DNA of 64,000 bases from Tubulanus polymorphus (taxonomy: Eukaryota > Animalia > Nemertea): assembly GCF_964204645.1 (NCBI RefSeq), contig NC_134034.1, positions 12,350,962-12,414,961 of the forward strand, written 5' to 3'. The notes below the pieces were generated by a model, which worked only from the letters and a program-made list of their open reading frames with translations, searched no databases and was not told the DNA's origin. Numbering within the stretch: the stretch's first letter is position 1; each line of letters opens with the position of its first letter. The position numbers and the translations under genes were made by a program. Shown one piece after another: positions 40,659-52,155 of the stretch.

Positions 40659-42935
40659 ATGAGTTCGTCACAACGCCGCAAAGAATCGACCATCCACCAG
40701 GGGGCGAAGCTGTTTGAGTGCGAGTTCTGTGAAAAGAGTTTCAGCGGGAAATTCAATCTACGACAACACAAACTCCGCATACACGACCGCGTGCGTCCGT
40801 TTAAATGCGATCACTGCGATAAAACATTCTTTGGCAAAACACAGTTAAAACATCACATGTCTGCCGTTCATTTGAAATTAAAGCCGCACCACCAGTGCGC
40901 CATCTGTCAGAAACGTTTCATAGCAATTGCCAGTTTGAAAACACATGTCAAAATTGTCCACGAAGGCATTCGGGAGTTTCAATGTGAAATCTGCCTCCGG
41001 ACATTTGGACGAAAAGGTCATTTAAAGCGACACATGACCATTCATAAGGAGGCGAAGCCGTTCCAGTGCGACATTTGTAAACGGGGGTTCAGTCAGAAAG
41101 GTAGCCTGCAGTACCATCTAATGACAAACCACGACAACAGCGTGCGTCCATTTGAATGCGATCACTGCGATGAAACATTCACCGGAATACACAACTTAAA
41201 AAAACACACGTCTGTCGTTCATCTGAAACTAAAACGACACCAGTGCGCCACCTGTCAGAAACATTTCGTTAATAAATTGGATCTTAAAAGACATATTGAC
41301 GTTGTACATGAAGGCATCAGACCGTATAAATGCCATATCTGTCAGCGGTCGTTTGCGCGAAGAACTGAATTAAATCTGCACGTGGCGCTCATCCACCAGG
41401 GGGCGACGCCGTACCAGTGCGAGGTTTGTCGTAAACCGTTTGTTAATCAATCAAAATTGAAGAGACACGTCGAAGTCGTCCACGAAGGCGTTCAACCGTA
41501 CACGTGTGCAATCTGTCAGCAGACGTTTGTACAAGAGGGAAGTCTAAACCGGCACCTGGCAACCATCCACCAGGGGGCGAAGCTGTACCAATGCGAGGTT
41601 TGTGAAGTGCATTTTGCTCTGCGCAGTAACCTGAAGTACCATTTAAAGACCATACACGACGGTGTCGGTCGGTTTAAATGTGATCACTGTGATAAAACAT
41701 TCGTCAAAAAGGCAATGCTGAAAGATCATACATCTGCAGTTCATCTGAAAAAGCCGCACCAGTGCGCCATCTGTGAGAAACGTTTCATAGCAATTACCAG
41801 TTTGAAAACACATGTCAAGATTGTGCACGAAGGCGTTCTGGCGTTTCAATGTGAAATCTGCCTCCGGACATTTGGACGAAAAGGTCATTTAAAGCGACAC
41901 ATGACCATTCATAAGGAGGGGAAGCCGTTCCAGTGCGACATTTGTAAACGGGGGTTCGATCAGAAAGATAGCCTGCAGTACCATTTAAAGACCATGCACA
42001 GCGGTGTGGGTCCGTTTAAATGTGATCACTGCGATGAAACATTTACCAGAAAGGCAACGCTGAAAGATCATACATCTGCGGTTCATCTGAAATCAACACC
42101 GCACAAGTGCGCCACCTGTCAGGAAAGATTCACAACAAAATCGTTGTTGAAAGTTCATTTAGAGAGCGTTCATAAACGCGACAGACCGCGTCGTTGTAAA
42201 ATCCGTCAGCAGACGTTCAAAACAAAGAATACCGGTACTCCGAATGAGCAGGTGTTAGCAATTCATTCCACCAGGGGCGCTAGTCGTTCTAGTCTTTCGT
42301 CGTCATCAGCAACGTTTAATTGTGAAATATGTGAGAAATCATGCAGAACAAAAGACAGTCTCGCGATGCACGTGTTTTACAAACATCCTAAAGAGGGCGC
42401 TGAAAGGAGATTTCGGTGTAAATTCTGTTCGAAAAGTTATTCGCACAAGGCTTCGCTGAATCAACACGTGATAAACATTCATCATCGGTTTGAAAAAGAC
42501 TCAGAGACAGTTGCGGAGGAGACAGGTTTAGAAATTGAAGAAGAGACAAATGAGGTAAATACAGACTCTGAGATGGTCGACACAGATTTAGAGGTAAAAT
42601 CCGATTCCAAGACTGAGGAGGAGATCGATGATGTGAAAACTGAGGAGGCAAAGACGGTAAATGCTGTTTGTCAATCAGATAAGGTGACAAAGGGGGTAAA
42701 TACAGTTTCTGGAACAGATGAGACAAACGAGGTAAATACCGACTCTGAGATGGTTGACACATATTCACGTATTAAATCTGATTCCGACACTGAGGAGGGA
42801 ACGGAATCTGTGGCAGATTTTGAGGAAGAGGAAAATGTGAATCCGATAAAGAAGATGAAATACGACAAATCATTCGCGTGGCAACACTACGCGGTTTGTT
42901 CTGGGAAAATATGGATTTTTGTAGACGACGAATGA
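40659..42935 (+). CDS. Multi-C2H2 zinc-finger protein (19 intact fingers + 1 degenerate, acidic tail), ~758 aa
   Basis: Single coding exon behind acceptor ttttag| at 40626; first ATG 40659. Repeated CxxC-x12-Hx3-4H. Transcribed divergently from C2orf69. Confidence 0.92.
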   Translation: MSSSQRRKESTIHQGAKLFECEFCEKSFSGKFNLRQHKLRIHDRVRPFKCDHCDKTFFGKTQLKHHMSAVHLKLKPHHQCAICQKRFIAIASLKTHVKIVHEGIREFQCEICLRTFGRKGHLKRHMTIHKEAKPFQCDICKRGFSQKGSLQYHLMTNHDNSVRPFECDHCDETFTGIHNLKKHTSVVHLKLKRHQCATCQKHFVNKLDLKRHIDVVHEGIRPYKCHICQRSFARRTELNLHVALIHQGATPYQCEVCRKPFVNQSKLKRHVEVVHEGVQPYTCAICQQTFVQEGSLNRHLATIHQGAKLYQCEVCEVHFALRSNLKYHLKTIHDGVGRFKCDHCDKTFVKKAMLKDHTSAVHLKKPHQCAICEKRFIAITSLKTHVKIVHEGVLAFQCEICLRTFGRKGHLKRHMTIHKEGKPFQCDICKRGFDQKDSLQYHLKTMHSGVGPFKCDHCDETFTRKATLKDHTSAVHLKSTPHKCATCQERFTTKSLLKVHLESVHKRDRPRRCKIRQQTFKTKNTGTPNEQVLAIHSTRGASRSSLSSSSATFNCEICEKSCRTKDSLAMHVFYKHPKEGAERRFRCKFCSKSYSHKASLNQHVINIHHRFEKDSETVAEETGLEIEEETNEVNTDSEMVDTDLEVKSDSKTEEEIDDVKTEEAKTVNAVCQSDKVTKGVNTVSGTDETNEVNTDSEMVDTYSRIKSDSDTEEGTESVADFEEEENVNPIKKMKYDKSFAWQHYAVCSGKIWIFVDDE

Positions 42936-43924
42936 TAATGAATTTATCAAAGATTGCCACCAGGCAGCTGCAGTTCCATTGCCGATGACAGATATGATAT
43001 CTGATGACATCTTGATCGCTTTTTGTCTGATGCTTAGCTGACTTGATTGATGATAATTATCTTCGGTTTTTGATAAAGATAACGATGTTGTTAAGGTGTC
43101 GTCTGCTGAGAAAGTGTTAATTTTCATTTTAGACAAAGAATAGTAATTCATCAACTTTTCTAAATCGAGATTGCCACCAGGTGGCAGCAGTTTTTTTGTT
43201 GGATTATTCTGATGTTAAGTGGAATCGTTATATTTAAGGTTGTTATAACGAGGTTCCACGGTAATTAGGTTTGATTAGATTTGAAGTTTTTGTTAGCTTC
43301 GTGATTTTTTCACTGCGAAATCTTTCTTAACAAGTTAATATGTGACATTTTTATCAATTCATCAATGTAGGATCATGTGTCCTATTTTTGAATAATGTAA
43401 TATACATATTCTTTTGTAATGTGTCATTGTGTTTACATCTAGTGAATTCATGATTATATACAAAAATATATTCATTATCCTTATCAGAAAGCTTCTCTGT
43501 TTTGATGTGCAGGGCGGATTTAGGGGATGTTTTCTAAACCCCATGATCATTATACGTTTACAGAATCGTATTTGATAAACGTTAATCGTTAATTTCGTTA
43601 ATACTATTAACGAGGTTCAACTGGACTGATGACACAATTCCAGCCACTGAACGCAATGGAGCAGGTATCGCAGGCGCGGATCCAGGATTTTTTCCAGGGG
43701 GGGGGGGGTTCATGAAAGAATATAATGTTAAAACGACCCTGTACCGTTTATCTTGCTCATTCCCGCTCCAATGGGGGACAAAGCTTTCAGTTCGTATTTT
43801 AGTCAGTAATTTTATTAATTCCATTGCCGATATCAGGTCGTCAGGTATTCAATCAACGCATTGCCGATATCAGGGCGTCAGGTATTCAATCAACGCAAAC
43901 ATTTTCTTTTATTTCAAAGTGTTT

Positions 43925-44902
43925 TCACTTCATTTTTTTCTGCTTACGACACAGAACGTTACGAAATCTAGAACTCGACAGACAATACACCAAAAAATTC
44001 ACACACGAATCAAATTGAGAAAATATATGTCGGCTCGGGCTAAATTCTAAATAGATTTTAAAGATGGCCGCAAGGCGTTCAATAGCCATCGGACCTTCGC
44101 AAACTATGTACACAAGTACGGTCGCTATGGCGAGGATTGTCGCTTGCTTGTCACTGGAACTGTAGTAATGGCGATGCTGGGTTGTTGACGGTTTTGAGAT
44201 GAACGTGGCCCGTTGGTGCGCAGCCCTATAAAGCGAAAATATCAAAACAAAATTAGTCAACGACAACAGTCCGAACGGCAATATCGTCACAACGACGGCG
44301 TTCATGATTTGGCCGCTGGGGGCGGGAATGTTTTGGAAGGCCCGTGCCATATTCCGGTCGAAATACGGGCAATCGTTGTATCGAACTCCCAAACGTTTAT
44401 AAAACCATCTAAAAATCTGCGACCCGCTACAAATAATAACCAATGCTAGTAGACTGATGTTGTATTTGGTTTTCGTGCATGCGACCCGGGCGAAAAACGG
44501 CCACAGAATCTGTAACACCCGCTCCACGCTGATCATCGCGATGAACCAGTTACGAATCATCTTGACGATCAGATGAGGCACGGATAGGTAGTGACTGATT
44601 TCCGGTCCGACGAACGCGTTTTCCAGCTGGAAGAATCGCCGGCCGAATCTAACGCGACCCAGCAGTTCCCGCAACGACGAAACTGGGAACGACGTGGTCA
44701 GAAACGTCGCGTCGACTATTGTCAGTAGTTTCAACATGTAGAACGTGGTCAACGTCTTACGCCGCATTCGATGGAAAACGATGAAACTGACGATGTTGAA
44801 GATAACGCCAACGATACAAACCGGCCCGCCGAGCCACCAACCGATAATATACCTACGCCTGGATGCGGCGGTTAATTTCAAACATAAATGGGAGCGGTTC
44901 AT
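43925..44902 (-). CDS. Intronless class-A GPCR, FMRFamide/peptide-receptor-like orphan, ~325 aa
   Basis: Seven hydrophobic segments. TM1 GVIFNIVSF, TM2 LTIVD, TM3 ISVER, TM5 LPF..L...N, TM6 VCEGP, TM7 SCVNFLVY, helix 8 SSRFR. First ATG at 44902 (the ORF track starts at a TTG); N-glycosylation sequon NRS. Confidence 0.85.
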   Translation of the reverse strand: MNRSHLCLKLTAASRRRYIIGWWLGGPVCIVGVIFNIVSFIVFHRMRRKTLTTFYMLKLLTIVDATFLTTSFPVSSLRELLGRVRFGRRFFQLENAFVGPEISHYLSVPHLIVKMIRNWFIAMISVERVLQILWPFFARVACTKTKYNISLLALVIICSGSQIFRWFYKRLGVRYNDCPYFDRNMARAFQNIPAPSGQIMNAVVVTILPFGLLSLTNFVLIFSLYRAAHQRATFISKPSTTQHRHYYSSSDKQATILAIATVLVYIVCEGPMAIERLAAIFKIYLEFSPSRHIFSQFDSCVNFLVYCLSSSRFRNVLCRKQKKMK

Positions 44903-45549
44903 TTCTTCAACTGCTTCGTCCACAACGTCAGACAATCAGCTTTATCTTTTGTCGGGTATTTATTTCGATGCACCAATCAGCGCTCTCTACAGACAATGCG
45001 GTAAATTGCGACAAAAGTTCAAACGATTTGTTGACTCTGACTATTTCATTACCAACACGCGCTAAACGACTATACTCATGGAAGTTTGCAAATTAAATCA
45101 AAGTTGGAGATACATGTAAACGTATATAAACGTGCGAATACATATCGATATATATAGTTGTGTTTTTTGTTATATCTGGTGATAATAGTAAAATTTACCA
45201 GGCCGCATTTCAGTATCTTTTGAAAAGACGAGAGCCAATCTCAATCTTACACAAACGAGTATGAAATACATCATGTAGTTTATTCATATTACAATAGTAT
45301 ATAAAGATTCTACTGAAAATTGATTGAATTCCACCAGTCAACCATACGCTGACCCTAGAGTATATATTTTATATACGGGCGATGCCGAACCCGATTCCGA
45401 ACTTTTTAATAGCTAACTCTCGGACAAACGAGATTATTTTCTGATTTCCCGTCCTATTTTTACCATCATCGCTCGCCAGGTTTTGAGATCGTCTCTCGCC
45501 GAAGCTCGCACCAACACAAACCGTTAACCCTTCGTTGGTCTCGATTTTT

Positions 45550-48500
45550 CTAAGTTGGTTTTAATTTACATTCTTCCTCGATATCGATAGGAATCATGCG
45601 CTGCGTTAAAGCTATAAACTTCGATACCGGACACGATTCTGAACAGCCTATAATCGAGGAAAAAACAGCAACAACATCAGACAACATGTGGTAATACAAC
45701 TCATAGAATCAGTAAGGCTGTATCACTAAGGGCAAGTGAATTTTCAGCCTGCTTTTGTGATTACAGATATCAAGTCAAGGGAAATTGAAGATAATTGAAA
45801 ATGAGTCAATAAACACTTCTAACAGAGGGTCGTTGCGCGTACCTGGTAGTTTAAATTGATAGGGTGGTGTAGTCGAGTCGTTTCGGTACCACATTTTAAA
45901 GTATGGTTCTTCATCGGGTAGATTGTCGTCGTGCAGCTCCACAGTGTAGCAGGCGGCGTACGGCGGAAGTGACCTATAATCAAACACTCTCATCGCGTAC
46001 ATGAAATATGCTAATAACGTGTCGTGCTGAAATAATATGAATAAATTTGCATATACTTGCATACATTTACATATATTACGAAAAAAGAATCAGAAACAGC
46101 CAAAAACTGAATGATACTTACAGCTGAATACATGAACATCTTTCTAGCCCTGTTGATCCTACCGTGAATATGATCCAATGAGTCGGCGATAATTTTCTTT
46201 AGTAAATTACCTGGAACATATTTAAAAACGTGCTTTCCATTGGTAACGGTTTGGTTGCTAAAGTTTTGCAAATATCGATCTGTTGCCTAAGCCGACCTTC
46301 CAAATTTTTACCGCGTCCAGAACTTCAGGACTTGGCCAGAGACGTTTTAAATTGAAAATGAACTACGAACACCAGATATGACACATTTATCAGCACTTTT
46401 CTAAACTACAGTATATCTGAAGACAGGGTGGTTCCAGGCTGCTCCAGGTACCAGGTTGTAGAAATATGTGCAGGAGATCGTGTGTAAAATGATCAAGTTA
46501 ATACTGACCTCCCAGAAGTCTGACTACCTCGTCAAGTCGTCCCATCAGGTAATATTTAAATGATCTCAACTCTACCAGTTTATTCCATACACGAGGCGTT
46601 ACCCAATCGGGTATCGTACAGTTGTGTACTTTCTACACAGAAAAACGAATAAACAAAAATGTATCAGCAAACGTAGTCTAGACAGTAAACGAGTTTTATC
46701 AAAGATAATTAACTAGATTTAACTGAAATACGAGCTTTCACCACTAATGCCTGATGAAGCTTATCCTAGACTCCAACAAGAACATATCTAGGCGTCAGGC
46801 TTATTACGTACCTCCACGTAAAGGGTGCCTCCGATTTTCCAGGCGTTTTGTAGCTGATTATCGGAGATTTTTCCGGCATGAAAATCCAAATAATCAAAAA
46901 ACCTCTAAAACAAGAAATGAGCCGCACACTCAGTTCCTCCCTGGTTTCCTATCTGGACCCGTATTTTGATAAATTAGTGAAAATTAGTTTGATGCCGCTG
47001 TTGGAGGAAAATAAATAACTTCTATGTACCTTATTTTCTTTTATTTTGTTTAAAACGATGGGCGAATTCTTCAAGAAATCCGTTTTCAGTTGATCCGCCC
47101 GCGGACAGCACGAGTAATGCAACAACTACATAGAAACAACAATTCATCTGCGATTAACATCTCGAGACATTCAATCAAATGCAATGTTGGATGGGTTCGA
47201 ACCTAGGACACTAGGCTTTATTGCTCATTGATACAAATGCATTGAAAATTCTATCGGAATTCACATAAAAGATCTATTGTGATTTTAGTTCAGCGAAAAT
47301 CCAACAGAGGGCGCAAAATATCGAAATACTTTTTAGGGCCCAGAATAAGTTACAAAAACCTCCCGAAATGAAACTTTACAGTGTTTGAAATACATCTATG
47401 ATTTCAAAACCAGTTCATATTACTCGTAAATTAATTAATTAGGCAACGTAATTATTTGTCTAACGTATTTGAACTAATTTAGAAACGACCATTAATAGTC
47501 GCTGGATCACAGATTTCCACCCGAAACCGTCAGCTGCTGGTATCTGAGAATGTGGTACAGTCGTTTCTAAATAAGTGCAAATACGTTAGACAAATAATTA
47601 CGTTGCCTAATTAACTAATTTACGAGTAATTTGAACTGGTTTTGAAATCATAGATGTTTTATAAGGAATGTTTATCATTATTTCGGGAGGTTTTTGTAAG
47701 TTTCTCTGGGGACTAAAGGGGATTTCAAAGTTGTACGCCCTCTGTCGGATTTTCACTGAACTAAAATCACAATAAATCTATTGTGAAAATGTCGATAGAG
47801 ATTCTACTATACGTGAGGCATATAAAAACTTAAGATTTTCGTTTTCAACTCCGGAATTGATGCAGGGTGGACAAAAATTAGATATTTTTCGAGTATTTTC
47901 AGTACTAAGTGGATTATAGAGTATATTTCCGAAGTCGAAACACCATTGCCACTTTGTTATTGTAAAATTCCTCAAGTGATATTTCACGAGACATCTGACA
48001 TTTGTGAACTCACTCGATCCGTATTTTGGGGGACTGTATGCACTGGAATCGGTTGCCAGGCTAAATGTTTATTCCAATGGTCCTGTTTTACCGGCGGGTA
48101 CAATCCGGCTAGATTCGTCTCTGCGCTCATCAGCGTTCTGTCTATATCTGTACTTCGCACATATATCTAACATCAAAAATACATCAATAGTTTATGTATT
48201 TTTGCTAAAAGCAACATCTCGATCAAAAGCGAGTGGCAAATAGTAATTATAATGCAATCTAATTTCAAACCAATAATTTATACCTCTTTTGCAAAATATC
48301 GCGCGCTTAAAAATCCGTTGTATTTTCGGCGTAGGAATTTTCCTAGTTGATATTGTTGGTTCATCCCCGTCTGAAAGAGCATTTAATCATTATCATTGTT
48401 CCGCAAATAAATGTTTAGAAAAGATGGAATAATTTTACAACACCGATTATCGAAATTACTTTTGACAATAATGAACGAGGAAGTTAAATGTATGCTATAT

Positions 48501-49113
48501 CTCAGCTATGGCGTTTATACCGACTTTCGTAAGTTGGGCGAATCCATTTGGCCAGATACTGTCTGGGTTGGGATCTGTCGGGTATGGCCCCATTGGTGCG
48601 CGGTCGCCGTGTCGGTAAATCTGAAAATCAATGATGTGACTGATGAATATGAATCGTAGGACGAAACTCGAGTCACATATTCGGCTCAAGTTTAATCTGA
48701 GAGCCAAGTTAGCTCGGGCCAAGTTTGGCATCGAACAAGCACAAACCTGATTAGCAATTTGGCTCATGCTTGATCATAGAACCTGGTTTTAGGAAGGGCC
48801 AACTTTGGGACCGTGTAATCAGACAGGCATGGATGTGATTGACACTTGTAAACCATTGGTCCGGACCAAATTTGGTACCGGTGCGATCGTGCACTTCGAT
48901 TGTGACGGCCGCTTTGATTGCTGTAGATTCCGATCATCACTTCTTCGACGAATTATGTGTATGAGTTCTTATTCTTACCACATGTACGAGTCTTAACGAG
49001 GTAGGCGGATGTCGTCGGTTCGTCTCTGTTGTCGCGTCCTTCAAATGTGAAAAATCCGCTCCAACAATAAATATCGTCAGAATTATCGAAATGCCTGCCG
49101 CCAGCGATTTCAT
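45550..49113 (-). CDS. Histidine acid phosphatase paralogue B, secreted type (no TM), ~384 aa
   Basis: Exons 48979-49113, 48525-48620, 48284-48370, 48014-48166, 47030-47125, 46812-46904, 46509-46632, 46122-46210, 45843-46026, 45550-45647. Signal peptide; [37 protein letters not shown]. Stop after ECKLKPT. Confidence 0.9.
47247..47803. mobile_element. Foldback element: ~240-bp inverted arms around a ~70-bp loop
   Basis: For example ATTGTGATTTTAGTTCAG (47276) / CTGAACTAAAATCACAAT (47756) and TAGGCAACGTAATTATTTGTCTAACGTATTTG / CAAATACGTTAGACAAATAATTACGTTGCCTA. Confidence 0.9.
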
Positions 49114-52100
49114 GTTGAATATCCGTAATAGAAAATGCCGGAAAATGGAATATTTTTTTAAATTACGGAACAGATTTAGAACACGATTCAGGACGGTTTA
49201 TAATGAAAGTAGCAGCTGACGCGCGCGTGGTTGGGGCACCTGGTACTACGTATCCAATAGTCGAGGTTTTTATCGCTATGTGAAGTGCCGTAATTTACAT
49301 AATACGGATTGTTATTCAGATTTGCAGCCGCGTGGCTCAGAGAGACAGGCTAGTGTTCGTTGTTCATTCAGTATTTCGAAAATACGATGAAAAATATTGC
49401 TACAGCATCCAGTTCCACTATTTGGGTCCCGATTCATTCTCGGGGAAGGGAGGGGTGAAAGAGGGGAGACTTCCCCCCAGGGCCCAGCGTGTTAGGGACG
49501 GCGGCCGGACGAGGGTTAACAAACTGAAAATTACCAATTCCAATTGTTGGACTGAACTCCTTATTAATCCAATCAAAATCCGAGATACATGGGAAAATTT
49601 GTTTCTAGACTGGAAATCAATTTTAGAGCAAATTTGTAAATACAGATTTAACATCGATTAGATACAGATACTGATCGGTAATAATAAGTTCTATCTGGTA
49701 AATAGTTTGTCCACTAGGACAGTTCAAAGTTAGACTGGTTACCGGTCTCTATCTTCTCATACTGAATAGGACAGGCAACTAGTCTAAGTTCAAAGACGCT
49801 GGCAAGCGATGGTGAGTTAGTTCCCGTATTTACCGCCAACGTTATGCAAACGGGCAGCACTTGACGGTTGATATCTAATGCGGCCCGCTATTTCATCAAA
49901 ATATAAAAAATTAGTTTTAAGCAACTTTTTGCAGAAATAGTGTCAATTATATCCTCTAGTGTTTATAGTGACTATATGCCCCGCCCCTCTGTTGCTAATT
50001 TAATCCTGGAAAATCTGAAAAATCCCTTATTAAAAAAAAACAACTGAAATTCAATTTCATTTGAAAAATTGTATTTATCATTTATATATCAATACTGTTT
50101 ACAGATATAGAACAATTAGAACAACATAGCCTAGAGCTTCGCGGATTTACAGCCTACAGCTTCACGGATTTATTTGATACAACCACTTCCAGGACTGGGT
50201 CAAACATTACACATGCTTCCCACTTATTTCTAAAATGATAGGGCTTACTTCATCCGAGACAATCACCAGTCCTAGAATTGGACCCAATTTCACAGGCATA
50301 AGTTTAGATTTGACTTTAAACGTGCTTTTAACGTGAGAGACTTTTGTGTATCTGTGGACCCCTGATTTGGACCGGGTTCTACAATCACAGTGAAAATTAA
50401 CTCGAGAGTTTGAATTTTCAATTATCTTATTCGGAACTGTGGAACCGGGTCCTGCAGCAGGTCCTAGCACCCATCGTCTTACTTGAATTCTAAAACCTCC
50501 AAAAAAACATTTCTCAAAATATTCGTACACATGCAAAAATTTCCTACCACAAAATATACAGATATTCAAAAGTAACAATATTCTCATTTCTATAATTTTC
50601 ATAATCATATTAATACAAATATCTATCATCAATTTCATTATTGCCATCACGCCATCACTTCTAGAACTAGACACACATTACATGGTATTTCTAAAAAACA
50701 TTTTCAGATGAGGTAAAATACAGTTGGAGACAACAAACTATTGGTCCTTCTTAAATTCGAAAAAAAACAAATCAAAGTTAGTTTACGTTAAAATATTAAT
50801 TTCACCCTTTTTTAGTTACAACAATCATGTCATGCCTTAACACAGAACTAAAGGCCAAGACGGTCTTGTTTCAAAAACAAAAACGCGTCTCGCCTCTGGA
50901 AGAGAGAAAAATATTAACAACTTTCGATTCTTAATTAAAATAATCATTTTCAATTCAATAATCACCCCAACACAAATAATCAGTTTATAGCGATTAAAAT
51001 TAGGGTTTTAATACTTAAGTTGACGGCGCTCAATCCAGATCAGAAGGGGAGACCGATGAAATCCAACCGGTTTATACGAAAAATACTCAGCTTAAAGTCG
51101 AAATGAATGTCAAGATAAAATATCGAAAAGAAGCCGAAAATATCGGGATATTTTTCGCAACAAATCTCGTCGACAAAAAGCGCTATTTAGATATTGATTA
51201 CATATATCAAGTTAGGTGGCAGCACTACAGCAGTGACATTTAAATTTAAATATCTTCTATTGCGAGTTAAATACTGCATAAAGCCATTTACATTTTACTG
51301 GAAAATTGAACTTACACCGAAGAAAATTGCAAGAGAAATATTTTGTTGTTGTTGCAAACTGCAGCCATATAAAAACTATTTGTTTCCACATGCACACACT
51401 AAGTCAAACCCGTACTCAACTTTTATGAAACTCAGAAAATCACAATAAGAATTGCGAGTTCCCAGCCTGACTCCGGACCAAGTTTCAAAATGTTTGCGGC
51501 GAAAATTGTCCCAATCGAACCAAAAACTGTTTTTTAAATAGCGCAAATCTGGACGATGATCCAGCTCAGGCGTGGAACCCAGTTCTCGGGGGGCTGGTTC
51601 AATATTCGAGACTTATGTCCACAAGGAGGCGTAAAATCTTAAGACCGGTCTTAACCATCATTTCACCCCTAGATAATTGTGCACGCTCCGTACCAGATTA
51701 GATGGAATTATTTTTTATGTTGCATTTGGTGATGCCTATACAGCCGGATAGGAATTACAGTGAAAGCAGACAGTCGTCTGCTAATCAATCAACACCTCTA
51801 TACTGCGTAGTGTGTACACTTTCACAGGTCTTATACAGCTAACCGAAAATATCGGTGGCAAATGGGAAACAATAGGCAAAATAAGACACTGAAATTTTTG
51901 TCTCTATTGGTAGTGTACAGGTAAAGTTGTTCGACTGGCTATAGAACTAAGTTGATCATTAGACTAGTCTTAAGTGTAAGCCATGATTACGGAACCAGCC
52001 CCTGATGTTTACATTTAAAAAAAAAACAATCAAATGAAAAATCGCTGTAAAAATCTTTTCTTCCGGCGTTTTTCTTTAAATAATGTCGCGCGGGAAAATC

Positions 52101-52155
52101 ATTCGGAGTCGAATTCGGAATTTGGTGAACTGATATCGTGAAGGGGTACGTATTG

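Noticed and set aside
42860-42935. KSFAWQHY as the start of a BED finger spliced to a further exon
   Set aside because: No downstream exon with the required CxxC...H pattern was found.
46749-46800. CTGATGA inside a hairpin as a fourth hammerhead
   Set aside because: There is no correctly placed stem II-GAAA-UH.
45550-49113. ACP-B as a pseudogene
   Set aside because: All ten exons are open with matching phases and intact catalytic motifs. An open alternative frame past the stop (~45360-45550) encodes no convincing TM helix.
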